Below are positions 29,745 through 40,263 of a stretch of DNA of 64,000 nucleotides, piece by piece. The position numbers were made by a program, and so were the translations under genes. The notes below the pieces were generated by a model. That model did not search any database. It had not been told where the DNA came from and worked only from the letters and a program-made list of their open reading frames with translations. Where the stretch lies: NCBI GenBank assembly GCA_965238075.1, contig OZ250173.1, forward strand, positions 1,504,001 to 1,568,000, in the 5' to 3' direction. The first letter of the stretch is position 1, and every line of letters begins with the position of its first letter. Origin of the DNA: Candidatus Entotheonellaceae bacterium. GTDB taxonomy: Bacteria > Tectomicrobia > Entotheonellia > Entotheonellales > Entotheonellaceae.

Positions 29745-30224
29745 CGGCCGCGGCAGGAGCGACAGGCCCAGCGCCGGCCCGGCCATCACCCCGCCGACGG
29801 CCGCATAGTTCAAGATGCCGCCGACGTGGCCAAGCCGGCTGCCGAGCAGACGGCGCTGCCGTCCGAGTTCGCCGCTGCGCCACCAGGAGTCGAAGGCGTA
29901 CAGACCGAAGGCCCAGGCAATGGCGGCCGGCAGCCACCAGGTGACCCAGCCCCAGACCGCGAACCAACCCAACGCGAACAGGATGAAGAAAATGTCGGCG
30001 CCGTGATCCAGAAAGCGCCCGAAGACGCTGGTGCATTGGAAGCGGCGGGCCAGCCAGCCGTCCAGCACATCGCTGCCGACGATGACCGCGAACAGCAGCG
30101 CCACGCTCCAGCGCTCTACCGGTGTGCCGACCGCCGCCGCGCGGTGGCAGCACAACACGAACGCCGGCGCGCCCGCCACGCGGGTCAGGGTGACCAGATT
30201 GGGCCAGGTGAACAGGAGGGGCAC
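29631..30224 (-). CDS. CDP-alcohol phosphatidyltransferase
   Basis: PNLVTLTR; DVLDGWLARR...GRFLDHGAD signature. Confidence 0.88.
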   Translation of the reverse strand: MPLLFTWPNLVTLTRVAGAPAFVLCCHRAAAVGTPVERWSVALLFAVIVGSDVLDGWLARRFQCTSVFGRFLDHGADIFFILFALGWFAVWGWVTWWLPAAIAWAFGLYAFDSWWRSGELGRQRRLLGSRLGHVGGILNYAAVGGVMAGPALGLSLLPRPLGQAALVAVMGVAFVSGLERLFLLWLRRGLQDLSQKT

Positions 30225-30358
30225 CAGCTTTCCTCAAGGCGCACGTCAATTTCTTCACGCGGCGCATGTATGGTACAATCCGCGCCACATTCCAACCGCC
30301 TTGGCGATGTATAGAACAACTTAATTACGAGCGGCTTGCCGCCGGGAGAGAGACGCTG

Positions 30359-31162
30359 ATGCAAGACCCTGTAGCAGGCTTGATTTCCTTCGTCATCATG
30401 CTCTACATCGCCCTGCTTTTCGTGCGCCAGTTCGTGGCCGAGAGCGAGCGCTACGACGCTGTGCTGGGCATGATCTTCCGGGCCACCGATCCGGTGGTCA
30501 GCCCGGTGCAAAACACCCTTCCATCCGGCAATGCCCATCTCGCCCCCGCGCTCGTGCTGGTGGCCCTGCTCCTGCTGCAGGGGATTCTCATCGGGTCCAT
30601 TCCCTACGCGATCAAACAGTTCGCCGACAAGCTGCTGCAGTTGTACGTGATCATTATCATTATCATTACCGCCTTCCGCGAGTATTACACCAACCCAATC
30701 GCCAGCTTCTGTCAGCGCATCGTCAGCCCGGTGCGGGCGCTGGCGACCGGCGTGTCGCAGCACGTGCCGACGGTGAATCTGCTGTCGGTGGCAGGGCTGG
30801 TGGTGGTCCACGGCATGGTGGTGGTCGTGCTCAATGGCCTCATGGTGGAGGGGTTCGACGATTCCGCGCCGTTCCTGGACGCCTTTATCGGCAGCGGGGC
30901 AGAGCCGGGCAGCCTGTTGCTGATCCTTAACCTGACGCAGTTCTTTACCTACGCGATCATCGCCAACGCCCTGCTGTCCTGGGTCAGCCCCAATCCGCTC
31001 AACCCCATCGTGCAGTTGCTGACGCTCGTCGCCCTGCCGATCATGCAACCGATCCGCCGCGTCATCCCGCCGCTCGGCGGCGCCATCGACATTTCGCCCA
31101 TCATCGCCATCCTGGCGCTGCAGTTCTTCTACGGCATTGTCTTCAACCTGCTCGCCGGTTGA
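30359..31162 (+). CDS. yggT: YggT family membrane protein (repeated YGGT domains)
   Basis: RATDPVV; LLSWVSPNPLNP...PIRRVIPPLGGAIDISP. Confidence 0.8.
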   Translation: MQDPVAGLISFVIMLYIALLFVRQFVAESERYDAVLGMIFRATDPVVSPVQNTLPSGNAHLAPALVLVALLLLQGILIGSIPYAIKQFADKLLQLYVIIIIIITAFREYYTNPIASFCQRIVSPVRALATGVSQHVPTVNLLSVAGLVVVHGMVVVVLNGLMVEGFDDSAPFLDAFIGSGAEPGSLLLILNLTQFFTYAIIANALLSWVSPNPLNPIVQLLTLVALPIMQPIRRVIPPLGGAIDISPIIAILALQFFYGIVFNLLAG

Positions 31163-31178
31163 CGCTGCCAGCCCGCAA

Positions 31179-32462
31179 TCATAGCGGCGTAAAACACTCC
31201 GTGCGCACCAGGTCCTCAAACGTCTCGCGGCGCGAGATCAGGTAAGGCGCGCCGTCGTCCAGCCATACCTGCGGGGCGCGCCCGATCGAGTTGTAGTTGG
31301 AGCTCATGGTGTTGCCGTAGGCGCCGGCGTCGTGGATGAGGACTAGATCGCCCGCCTGCACCGGCGGCAGCGGACGCGGTTGCAGCAGTTCAGCGTCATC
31401 GCGGGTAAACACGTCGCCCGACTCGCACAGCGGGCCGGACAGCACCACCGGCTCCAGCGGCGCATCGTCCGGCGCGTCCCACACGCTGATACGGTGGAAC
31501 GAGCCGTACATGGCGGGGCGCACCAGGTCGCAGAACCCGGCGTCGACCATGACGAAGGTGTGCCCCGGCCCCTTGGTATTGGCGCGGGTACGTTTGATGT
31601 CCGTCACCTGCGTCACCACCGCGGCGACCGGCGCCACGAAGTACCGCCCCGGCTCGATTTCCACCCGGATGTTTTTCCCCGTTTGCTGACTGAAACGCGC
31701 CTGACATTCGCGCAGCAGGTGACCGAACGGCTCAAGGTCGATGGCCCTCGCCTCCGGCTTGTAGGGGTATGGCAGGCCGCCGCCGAGGCTGACGGCCTGC
31801 GCGTGCGGATAGGCGGGCAGGCAATCAGCGAAGAAATCGACAAGCTGTTGCATGTTGGCCTGGAACTCCTCGGTGGTCGGCCCGGAGCCCACGTGGGCGT
31901 GCAGGAGTGTCACCGTCATGCCTTGGCATTCGGCATTCTGGGCCGCCGCCAGCGCCTCCTCCGGCCACATGCCGTGCTTGGAACTGGGCCCGCCCGTGTC
32001 GCAGCCCTGCACGTGTCCGTGTCCGAAACCCGGATTGAGGCGCAGGGCAATGGGGCCGCGGTAGCCGGCGTCGGCGAGTTGCTGCACCATGGCGGGCGAG
32101 CCGAGATTGGGCAGCACCTTGTGCCGGTTGATAACCTCCAGGGCGTTGTCCCGGAACACGTCGGTGGACAGCATGACCTCCGGAGTGTCGGCGCCCATCG
32201 GATAGCCTGCCGCCTGCGCCCGCAGGACCTCGTTCCCCGATACTGCGTCGATCCAGATGCCCTGCTCCCGCATGGTGCTCAACACGCGTGCTGCCGAACA
32301 CGCCTTCATGGCGTAGCGCGCCTGCAGGCCCGGCGCGTCCGTCAGGTCGCGGATGGCAGCGATCCGGGCGCGCAGAAGCTGCGCGTCGTAAAGGTAAAAC
32401 GGGGTGCCGACGTGCGCCGCCAACTGGCGCAGATCAACCCCCTGCCAGGCCGCTGTGGCCAT
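31179..32462 (-). CDS. lysA: Diaminopimelate decarboxylase
   Basis: YAMKA, HAHVGS, EPGR, GPLCESGD, GAYG..MSSNYNS. Confidence 0.93.
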   Translation of the reverse strand: MATAAWQGVDLRQLAAHVGTPFYLYDAQLLRARIAAIRDLTDAPGLQARYAMKACSAARVLSTMREQGIWIDAVSGNEVLRAQAAGYPMGADTPEVMLSTDVFRDNALEVINRHKVLPNLGSPAMVQQLADAGYRGPIALRLNPGFGHGHVQGCDTGGPSSKHGMWPEEALAAAQNAECQGMTVTLLHAHVGSGPTTEEFQANMQQLVDFFADCLPAYPHAQAVSLGGGLPYPYKPEARAIDLEPFGHLLRECQARFSQQTGKNIRVEIEPGRYFVAPVAAVVTQVTDIKRTRANTKGPGHTFVMVDAGFCDLVRPAMYGSFHRISVWDAPDDAPLEPVVLSGPLCESGDVFTRDDAELLQPRPLPPVQAGDLVLIHDAGAYGNTMSSNYNSIGRAPQVWLDDGAPYLISRRETFEDLVRTECFTPL

Positions 32463-32704
32463 GTATTCTCCTTTGTCGTGTCATGTGGTGCTGTCGAATC
32501 AGGCGAAACGCCAGACCGCATGTGCCGCAGCGTTTGGGACAATGCGGGGGCCATGATACGCCGCCGCCTGGCGCTTGGAAAGGACGTTTGAGGCGCTGAA
32601 GGAACGTGAATAATGGCCACCATGCAAGCCATGACTCAACTGCAAAGGCACGCCTGTATCCGAAGCTGCCCTTTGAAACTTGCAAACCGGACGGATTCCG
32701 CCGC

Positions 32705-33631
32705 TCACCGTGTGCCGCGCAGGCGCGGATCGAGGGTGTCGCGGATGCCGTCGCCGAAGAGGTTGAAGGCCAGCACGGTGATGGTGATGGCCAAGCCGGG
32801 AAAGAACACCAGCCACCAGGGGGGAATGAGGCCGGAATTCAGGGAATCAGCGAGCAGGTTGCCCCAGGTAGGGGTTGGGGGCGGGATGCCGAGGCCGAGG
32901 AAGCCGAGGGCCGATTCGATGATGATGGCGACCCCCAGGTGGGTGGTGGCGAGAATCAGGTAGGGGGCGACGCACTGGGGCAGGATGTGCAGCGCCATGA
33001 TGCGCAGCGTTGAGGCGCCGATGCCGCGGGCGGCTTCGACGTAGGCGATTTCTTTCAGCGACAACGCCACGACGCGCACGACGCGGCCGCCGAAGGGAAT
33101 GCGGGTGACGGCGATGGCGACGATGACTGTCCAGGTGCCGGAGCCGAGCGCCATGGAGATGGCCATGGCCAGGATGAGGTCCGGGAACGATTGCAGAACC
33201 TCGATGACGCGTTGGCTGAGGATGTCGAACCGGCCGCCGATGTAGCCGCTGGCCAGCCCCCACAGCGAGCCGGTGGTGGTGCCCAGCAACACCGCGGCAA
33301 TGGCCACCAGCAGCGAGGAGCGGCTGCCGTAAATAACTCGGCTCAGATTGTCGCGGCCAATCTGGTCGGTGCCGAAGTAGCTTTGCGCGTCGGGCGGTTT
33401 CGACATGCGCCTGAAGTTGGCCTTTAACGGGTCGTGCGGTGCGATTAGCGGTGCGACGATCGCCATGATGAGAATCGCAGCGGCCACCACGCCCCAGAAG
33501 GCCGACAGGGGATTGCGCCGCACGAAATTGCGCAGACCGCGCCATGCCCGTGCTGGACGGGAGAGGACGACGGCGTCATTCGCGGCGGACGAGGCCGGTG
33601 GGCTTGAGCTATACGCTTGCATATCCATCAA
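32705..33631 (-). CDS. Peptide/nickel ABC permease (DppC-like)
   Basis: GTDQIGRD, YVEAARGIGA, LRHILP-like, DTLDPR. Confidence 0.9.
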   Translation of the reverse strand: MMDMQAYSSSPPASSAANDAVVLSRPARAWRGLRNFVRRNPLSAFWGVVAAAILIMAIVAPLIAPHDPLKANFRRMSKPPDAQSYFGTDQIGRDNLSRVIYGSRSSLLVAIAAVLLGTTTGSLWGLASGYIGGRFDILSQRVIEVLQSFPDLILAMAISMALGSGTWTVIVAIAVTRIPFGGRVVRVVALSLKEIAYVEAARGIGASTLRIMALHILPQCVAPYLILATTHLGVAIIIESALGFLGLGIPPPTPTWGNLLADSLNSGLIPPWWLVFFPGLAITITVLAFNLFGDGIRDTLDPRLRGTR

Positions 33632-33701
33632 GTGGTTAGGGGCAGGCAGTAAGCGGAACGTCGGATTACGCTTCGTTAATCCGACCTACATGCTTGCACA
33701 T

Positions 33702-34658
33702 CTATTGGTAATGAATCCTCGGATCAAACCAGGCATAAGTCACGTCGACCAGCACGTTGATCAGCACAAAGACGAAGGAGTACAGGAACACGAGATTCTG
33801 AATTACCGTGATATCGCGCTCAATCACCGCGGTAATCATGGCGCGTCCAAGGCCGGGGACGCCGAACGCCTGCTCGATCGGGATCGATCCGGCCAGCACG
33901 AACCCCATCAGAACGCCGGAAAGCGTGATAATCGGCAGTAAGGCATTCGGCAGCGCATGGCGGTTCACCACCAAGCGTTCGACGACCCCCTTGGCGCGGG
34001 CCGTGCGGACGTAATCCTCCCGGATGACTTCCAATAGCGAAGACCGCGCCATGCGGGCAATGTAGGCGGCCTGGCCAACGCCGAGCACCAACGCCGGACC
34101 GACGACAATCTGCAGGTTGGCCCACGGGTCCACCCAGAGCGGCACCCCCGTGAGCGGCGCCTTGTAGCCGAACCAGAAGAGCGAGCCGAGAACGATGAGG
34201 ATGCCGAGCCAGAAGCCGGGGATGGCCAGGAAGAGGATCGACATGATGCGCGCGCCCGTGTCTGCCAGCGTGTTGGGGCGCAGGGCGCTGATGATGCCCA
34301 CCGGCAGCCCCACGAGCCACGAGATCACCACCGACAGCACGCCGATTTCGAAGCTCAACGGGCCGCGCCGCACAATCATGTCGGCCACACTCTCATCGCG
34401 GAAGAACGACCTGCCGAGTTCGCCGGCGACGATGTCGCCCATCCACTTGAGATACTGCACCGGCAGCGGATCGCTGAGGCCGAGTTCGGCCATATAGTGC
34501 GCGCGATCCTCGACGGTCAGCTTGGTGAAGCCTTCCATGCCGAAGATGGCCACGAGGGGGTCGCCGGGCAGGATGCGCATGACCACGAAGATGATCATCG
34601 ACACCCCGATCATCGTCAGAACGCCGAAGCCGAAGCGCCGCAGAATATATTCGTACAA
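33702..34658 (-). CDS. Peptide/nickel ABC permease (DppB-like)
   Basis: YILRR, LPGDP, EDYVRTARAKG, DPRI; TTG start inferred. Confidence 0.9.
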   Translation of the reverse strand: MYEYILRRFGFGVLTMIGVSMIIFVVMRILPGDPLVAIFGMEGFTKLTVEDRAHYMAELGLSDPLPVQYLKWMGDIVAGELGRSFFRDESVADMIVRRGPLSFEIGVLSVVISWLVGLPVGIISALRPNTLADTGARIMSILFLAIPGFWLGILIVLGSLFWFGYKAPLTGVPLWVDPWANLQIVVGPALVLGVGQAAYIARMARSSLLEVIREDYVRTARAKGVVERLVVNRHALPNALLPIITLSGVLMGFVLAGSIPIEQAFGVPGLGRAMITAVIERDITVIQNLVFLYSFVFVLINVLVDVTYAWFDPRIHYQ

Positions 34659-34672
34659 GGTGTGGCCCCAGA

Positions 34673-34746
34673 TAGTGGCCAGTGACTGGTGGCTAGTGGC
34701 CGGCAAACCCTGATTTACTAACCACTAGCCGCTGGCCACTAATCAC
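34673..34746. repeat. Heptamer-periodic inverted repeat (hairpin)
   Basis: TAGTGGC CAGTGAC TGGTGGC TAGT ... ACTAACC ACTAGCC GCTGGCC ACTA. Confidence 0.65.
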
Positions 34747-34751
34747 TCATT

Positions 34752-36440
34752 TCATTTGTCCATCCAGAAGGTGTCGAAGCGCACCACGTCGTAGATGCCG
34801 AAATAGTTGCTCGGGTTGTGGCCCTTGACGTAGTCGTACCAGCCGTCGTTGATCTTCTCCCACGCCACCGGGATGAGCGGTGGATCCTGCTCCATCACGG
34901 CTTCCGCCTGCCGTACCAAGTCCTTGCGCTTGGCGTCGTCGAGCTCGCGGTCGATCTGCAGCACCAGGTCCTGGAACTTGGGGTTGGACCACTTGGAATA
35001 ATTCTGCGGGCCGTCCTTGCCGTACCAGGCGTTGAAGTAGTCCGAGGGATCGATCAGCGTCGACACAATGGCGCTGATGGTGAAGTCGAATTTCCCCGCC
35101 AGGGCCTCGTCGAACCACACCGAGACCTGCACCGTGCGCAGGTTGGTCTGGATGTTGAGGATCTCCCGCAGCATGGCTTGCACGGCCACCGACCAGAGCT
35201 TGAAGCTGGCCGCCTCGCGGATCATGAAATCCACGTCCTTGAGGCCATCGGGGTAACCGGCAGCCGCCATGAGCTGGCGCGCTTCGCGGATGGCGGCGGT
35301 GGGATCGGACTGGTAACCAGGACGCTCGGCCAATTTGTCCGGCGGCGTGGCGAAATCCGAAAACGGATAGATGAAGCCGCCCACCAACATCGGCGCCACG
35401 TCCCGGACCACGTCCACCAGCACCGCGCGGTCCAGCACCAGGTGAATGGCGCGCCGCACCCTGGGATCCCTGAACGCCTCGCGCTCGTTGTTCACCCAGA
35501 TTGCCTGGATGACGCTCTGGTAGTAGTCGGTGCCGGACATCCCCGGGGTGTCCTGCACTTTCTGGAGACTCACCGGGTCGAGCAGTCGGGCGTAGTCGAG
35601 GTTGCCGGCCAGCAGCGCCGCGCCCAGCTGGGCCGAGAACGGCGGCAGGTGGTAAAACTCGATGCCGTCGAGATAGGGCAGGCCCTCGTTCCAGTAATCC
35701 GGGTTGCGCTCCATCACCCACACCTCTTTGTCGATGCGCTTGACGGACCGGAACGGGCCGGTGCCGGGATAATCCGGGATTTGCCGCAGGCTGTAGTTGT
35801 TGTCCTCCAGCGTCTTCTTGCGCACGATGATGTTCCAGCCGCTGGCGAACGCCCCGAGCATGAAGTTCTGCGGGCGCGGCTCGCTCAGCTTGAACTCGAT
35901 CGTGTGGGCATCGCGGACGTTGATTTCGCTCACGGTGGCGAACAGCGGCGTGCGCGGGCTGCTGAAGCCTTTTGGGGACTGGATGATGCGCTGGTAGGTC
36001 GCCTTCACGTCCTCGGCCGTAAAGTCGGCGCCGTCGTGGAAGGTGACGCCCTGGCGCAGGAAAAAGGTGTAGGTCTTGCCGTCGGGGGAAATCTCCCAGC
36101 TATGCGCCAGATCCGGGATAATCGTCTGCCCGCTGTCCAGCGGATTGCGGCGGATCAGGTTGTCGTACATGCAGCCCTGCGTACCCATGTTGGAAACGGT
36201 GCCGGATTGATGCACGTCGAAATGCGCCGGCGCGTTCAACACGCCGTAGCGCAGCACGCCGCCGTGCTTGGGGTTGGGCTCCGGCGCCTGAAGCTTGAAC
36301 CCCGAGCCGTCGAACGAACTGGGCGTTTGCGCCTCGCCCAGGCCGAGGGAAAGACCGTAAGCGCCCGCAGCGGCCGCCGCCGAGGTTCCCAACATGCCGC
36401 GTCGGGTCCATTCTACTGAAGCGGGATTTCGGTGGGACAT
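34752..36440 (-). CDS. Tat-exported ABC substrate-binding protein, family 5
   Basis: TRRGML, PDLAHSWEISPDG, GTGPF, RNPDYW. Confidence 0.9.
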   Translation of the reverse strand: MSHRNPASVEWTRRGMLGTSAAAAAGAYGLSLGLGEAQTPSSFDGSGFKLQAPEPNPKHGGVLRYGVLNAPAHFDVHQSGTVSNMGTQGCMYDNLIRRNPLDSGQTIIPDLAHSWEISPDGKTYTFFLRQGVTFHDGADFTAEDVKATYQRIIQSPKGFSSPRTPLFATVSEINVRDAHTIEFKLSEPRPQNFMLGAFASGWNIIVRKKTLEDNNYSLRQIPDYPGTGPFRSVKRIDKEVWVMERNPDYWNEGLPYLDGIEFYHLPPFSAQLGAALLAGNLDYARLLDPVSLQKVQDTPGMSGTDYYQSVIQAIWVNNEREAFRDPRVRRAIHLVLDRAVLVDVVRDVAPMLVGGFIYPFSDFATPPDKLAERPGYQSDPTAAIREARQLMAAAGYPDGLKDVDFMIREAASFKLWSVAVQAMLREILNIQTNLRTVQVSVWFDEALAGKFDFTISAIVSTLIDPSDYFNAWYGKDGPQNYSKWSNPKFQDLVLQIDRELDDAKRKDLVRQAEAVMEQDPPLIPVAWEKINDGWYDYVKGHNPSNYFGIYDVVRFDTFWMDK

Positions 36441-36619
36441 GATGAACGTCTCCTTGCGGTGCGCCCCCTCTCCCTAACCCTCCCCCCGCGGAGGGGGGAG
36501 GGAACCGGCGTTGGGCGATGGTACAAGCATCCCCCGGCTGAGGGCCTTTGCTCTCTCCCACAGGCGAGGGTTCTGCCCCCTCTCCCCTGGCGGGAGAGGG
36601 CCGGGGTGAGGGGGGAAAC

Positions 36620-38899
36620 TTATGACTGCATCTTATCGAGCACATAACCGGGGGACATCGGCAGGTCGGTCATGCGCTTGCCGGTGGCGCGGTAAATGGC
36701 GTTGGCCACAGCCGCCGGCGGCGGCACGATGGGCACCTCGCCGACGCCGCGCACGCCGAAGGGGTGACCGGGATTCGGTACCTCGACGAGTACCGTATCG
36801 ATCATCGGCAGGTCCAGGCAGGTAGGCATCCGGTAGTCGAGGAAGCTGGCGTTGCTCATGTTGCCGTCTTCGCGGTACAGGTACGCCTCGTTCAACGCCC
36901 AGCCGATGCCCTGCGTGACGCCGCCCTGGATCTGCCCTTCCACGTAGCTCGGGTGGATGGCCTTGCCAACGTCCTGCACCGCGGTGTAGCGCAGGATGGA
37001 GACCTTGCCGGTGTCCGGATCGACCTCGACATCGACGATATGGGTGGCAAAGGCGCCGCCGACGCCGCGCGGCTGCACGGTAGCGCGGCCGGAAATCGGC
37101 CCGCCGGTGCGCGGCATCAGCTCCGCCATCTCCTGAAAGCTCACCGACTTGTCGGCGTCCTTGCCGCAGCCGAACACGCCGCCCGAATAGGTGACGTCCT
37201 CAGCGCTCAGCGCATTGGCACCCTCCTCCTGTTCGTTGCTCCAACGCTCGGCGAGGCGCTCCTTCATCTGCCGGACGACGTCGTTCGCCGCTTCGTACGC
37301 CGCGTAGCCGGTGGCAAACGTCGTGCGGCTGCCGCCCGTAACGTCCGTGTAGCCGACGCCGTCCGTTCCGGCGACCGTGGGCCGAACGCTCTCGTACGGA
37401 ATGCCGAGCACCTCAGCCGCCTGCATGGCGATGGAAGCGCGCGTGCCGCCGATGTCGGTGGAGCCCTCGACCAGGCTGACCGTACCGTCGGAGTTCACGT
37501 TGATTACCACGCTGGACTGCAAGCCGACGTTGAACCAGAACCCGGACGCCACGCCGCGGCCGCGGTTCGGGCCTTCGAGCGGCGTATTGTAGTGCTCGTG
37601 TTCGAGCGCCGCGTGCACCGTCTCCAGGAAGCCGATACGCGGGTGCGTCGGGCCATCCACGCGGCGGTCGCCCTCCTTGGCGCCGTTCATCGCGCGCAAT
37701 TGCAACGGGTCGATGCCCAACTGCTCGGCGAACTCGTCCATGATCGTCTCCGAGGCAAACGCCGCATTGGTTGCCCCAGGCGCGCGATAGGCGGTGGTCT
37801 TCGGCTTGTTCACCACCACGTCGTAGCCGTCCACCCGCATGTTCGGGAAGCTGTAGGGCGAGAAGATACACATGCCGCCCGGTCCCACCGGCGAGCCCGG
37901 AAAGGCACCCGCCTCGAACGCAAGCGACGCCTCGGCAGCCACCACGCGGCCGTCCCTGGTGGCGCCCATCTTGACCTTGATTTGCGAGCCCGGCGTCGGA
38001 CCCGTGCTCTCGAACTCCTCGATGCGGCTCATCACCAGCTTGACCGCCTGGCCGGTCTTGCGCGACAGCAGCGCCGCCACCGGTTCGAGGTAGACGGGAA
38101 TCTTGCCGCCGAAGCCGCCGCCGATCTCCGCCGGGATGACGGACACCTGCGACACCGGAATGCCCAAGACCTCGGACGACTGCTTTTGCACAACGAAGGC
38201 GCCCTGCGTACTCGTCCAGATGGTGACGTGGCCCTCTTCGTTCCACATGGCGGTGGCGTTGTGGGGCTCGATGTAGCCTTGGTGCACGGTGGCGGTGTCG
38301 AACTCGCGTTCGATGATCAGGTCGGCCTGCTTGAAGCCTTCCGCCACGTCACCCAGGGTGAAGCGGTAATGGCTGGCGACGTTGCTCTCACGGTCCGTCT
38401 TTTCGCCGAGCGACGTGGTGGTCATGCCGTCGTGCAGAATCGGCGCCCCATCCTGCATCGCCTCGGGCGCCGTCAGCACCGGCGGCAGGATTTCGTACTC
38501 GACCTCGATCAGGTTCACCGCCTCTTCGGCGACATGCACGTTGACCGCCGACACCGCGGCGATGGCGTGCCCCCTGTACAATGCCTTTCCCTGGGCCAGC
38601 ACGTTGTTGCTGAGGAATTTCAGGTTGACCGCGCCCTCGCCGAGATTGGCGATCTTGTCAGGCGCCTCGGGCAGGTCCTTGTGCGTCACCACGGCCTTGA
38701 CGCCGGGCAATGCTTCGGCCTTGCTGGTGTCAATCGACTTGATGCGGGCGTGGGCGTGGGGGCTGCGCAGCACCTTGCCGTGCAGCATGCCGGCCATGCG
38801 CACGTCGGCGCCGTAAATCGCCCGGCCCGTCACCTTGTCGGCACCGTCGGGACGCACCGGGCGCGTTCCGATAACTTGATATGCCGTCGCTTCTGCCAT
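36620..38899 (-). CDS. Xanthine dehydrogenase family molybdopterin subunit
   Basis: KVTGRAIY, RSPHAHA, GGGFGGK, AYRAPG, GVGE. Confidence 0.9.
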   Translation of the reverse strand: MAEATAYQVIGTRPVRPDGADKVTGRAIYGADVRMAGMLHGKVLRSPHAHARIKSIDTSKAEALPGVKAVVTHKDLPEAPDKIANLGEGAVNLKFLSNNVLAQGKALYRGHAIAAVSAVNVHVAEEAVNLIEVEYEILPPVLTAPEAMQDGAPILHDGMTTTSLGEKTDRESNVASHYRFTLGDVAEGFKQADLIIEREFDTATVHQGYIEPHNATAMWNEEGHVTIWTSTQGAFVVQKQSSEVLGIPVSQVSVIPAEIGGGFGGKIPVYLEPVAALLSRKTGQAVKLVMSRIEEFESTGPTPGSQIKVKMGATRDGRVVAAEASLAFEAGAFPGSPVGPGGMCIFSPYSFPNMRVDGYDVVVNKPKTTAYRAPGATNAAFASETIMDEFAEQLGIDPLQLRAMNGAKEGDRRVDGPTHPRIGFLETVHAALEHEHYNTPLEGPNRGRGVASGFWFNVGLQSSVVINVNSDGTVSLVEGSTDIGGTRASIAMQAAEVLGIPYESVRPTVAGTDGVGYTDVTGGSRTTFATGYAAYEAANDVVRQMKERLAERWSNEQEEGANALSAEDVTYSGGVFGCGKDADKSVSFQEMAELMPRTGGPISGRATVQPRGVGGAFATHIVDVEVDPDTGKVSILRYTAVQDVGKAIHPSYVEGQIQGGVTQGIGWALNEAYLYREDGNMSNASFLDYRMPTCLDLPMIDTVLVEVPNPGHPFGVRGVGEVPIVPPPAAVANAIYRATGKRMTDLPMSPGYVLDKMQS

Positions 38900-39381
38900 C
38901 AGGCGCTGGCCTCCATGGTTTCGGCTGCGTCCAGAACCGCGCGCACGATCTTGTCGTAACCCGTGCAGCGGCACAGATTGCCGGCCAGCCAGTAGCGCAC
39001 CTCGTGCTCCGTCGGCTTGGAATTCTGTTCGAGCAGCGCCTTGGCCGCCATGATGAAGCCGGGCGTGCAGATGCCGCATTGCAGGGCGGCGTGCTCCAGA
39101 AACTTCTGCTGCAGCGGGTGCAACTGGGCGGGGCTGGCGAGGCCTTCGATCGTATTCACCGCCTGGCCGTCCACCTCGGCGGCCAGCACCAGGCAGGAAT
39201 CAACGAGCACGCCGTCGACCTGCAGACTGCAGGCGCCGCAATTGCCGTTGCTGCAACCTTCCTTGGTGCCCGTGAAGCCCAGGTCGTCACGCAGCACTTC
39301 CAACAGGCTCTGGCGCGAATCGCAGAGAAATTCCACCGCCTCACCGTTCAGGGTCGTTTGTACGTGTATCCGTGTCGCCAT
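38899..39381 (-). CDS. [2Fe-2S] small subunit (CoxS/CutS-like)
   Basis: GCSNGNCGAC, QCGICTPG, NLCRCTGY. Confidence 0.92.
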   Translation of the reverse strand: MATRIHVQTTLNGEAVEFLCDSRQSLLEVLRDDLGFTGTKEGCSNGNCGACSLQVDGVLVDSCLVLAAEVDGQAVNTIEGLASPAQLHPLQQKFLEHAALQCGICTPGFIMAAKALLEQNSKPTEHEVRYWLAGNLCRCTGYDKIVRAVLDAAETMEASA

Positions 39382-39384
39382 TCC

Positions 39385-40263
39385 TTAACTCTCCCCTCTC
39401 GCTCTGGACAACGCCCCTTGCAGCGTTCGCCGCGTCAGCACGCCAGTCAGGTGAATCCGTTGCTGTATCGTCCCGCGCATGTCGTCGATCGGACGCGCGA
39501 TGCCTGCCGCGGCGCTCGCTGCGGCAGCGATGGTGTCGTCGGAAATGGGCTTGCCCACCAGGGCAGCCGCGGCTTCCACCGCCATCAGGGGTGTCGGCGC
39601 CACCGCGCCCAGGGAAATCCGCGCATCCGTCACCGTGGAATTGTCGTCGCCTAACACCAGGGAGGAGCCGACGCCGACCACGGCGATGTCCATCTCGTTG
39701 CGGGGGATGAAGCGCAGGTAATGGGCGCCGAAGTTCTTGGGCGGCACCGGAACACGCAGCGATAGCAGGAACTCGCCGTTTTCCAGGACGTTGCGCCCGG
39801 GCGCCGTACAAAACTGCTCGGCGGCGACCTCGCGCTGCCCGTTCGGACCGGCAATCACGCACATCGTGCGATGCGCGATCAGCGTCGGGATGGAGTCGGC
39901 GGCAGGCGACGAGTTGCACAGGTTGCCGCCCACGGAGGCCCGGCCTTGAATCTGGATGCCGCCGATCAGGGTAAAGGCATCCATCAGCCCAGGATAAGTC
40001 TTTGAGATAACGGGATCATTGTAAATCCGGTGGCAGGGTACGGCGGCCCCGAGGTGTAGGCCGTTTTGGGCATCGTAGGACAAGACGTTCGCTTCGGGAA
40101 TCTTCTTGACGTCGACGACCGTTTCGAGTTGCCGCCGTCCTTCGCGAAGCTGCACGATGAGGTCGGTGCCCCCGGCCAACACGCGCGCCTGGTCGCCTTT
40201 GCTGGCCAGCAGGGAGACAGCTTCGTCTACCGTCTGCGCTGCGACATAGTCAAATGTTTGCAA
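39385..40263 (-). CDS. FAD-binding medium subunit (CoxM/CutM-like)
   Basis: AGGTDL, ASVGGNLCNSSPAAD; GGAG RBS + TTG. Confidence 0.9.
   Translation of the reverse strand: MQTFDYVAAQTVDEAVSLLASKGDQARVLAGGTDLIVQLREGRRQLETVVDVKKIPEANVLSYDAQNGLHLGAAVPCHRIYNDPVISKTYPGLMDAFTLIGGIQIQGRASVGGNLCNSSPAADSIPTLIAHRTMCVIAGPNGQREVAAEQFCTAPGRNVLENGEFLLSLRVPVPPKNFGAHYLRFIPRNEMDIAVVGVGSSLVLGDDNSTVTDARISLGAVAPTPLMAVEAAAALVGKPISDDTIAAAASAAAGIARPIDDMRGTIQQRIHLTGVLTRRTLQGALSRARGES

Noticed and set aside
32463-32704. Lysine riboswitch upstream of lysA
   Set aside because: No recognisable conserved L-box elements
25211-38959. Long alternative ORFs (e.g. 25211-27112, 34818-36419, 36764-38959)
   Set aside because: Antisense shadows of well-supported genes in high-GC DNA; no motifs
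36620-40263. Aerobic CO dehydrogenase (coxMSL)
   Set aside because: Active-site loop AYRAPG matches neither CODH form; no cox accessory genes
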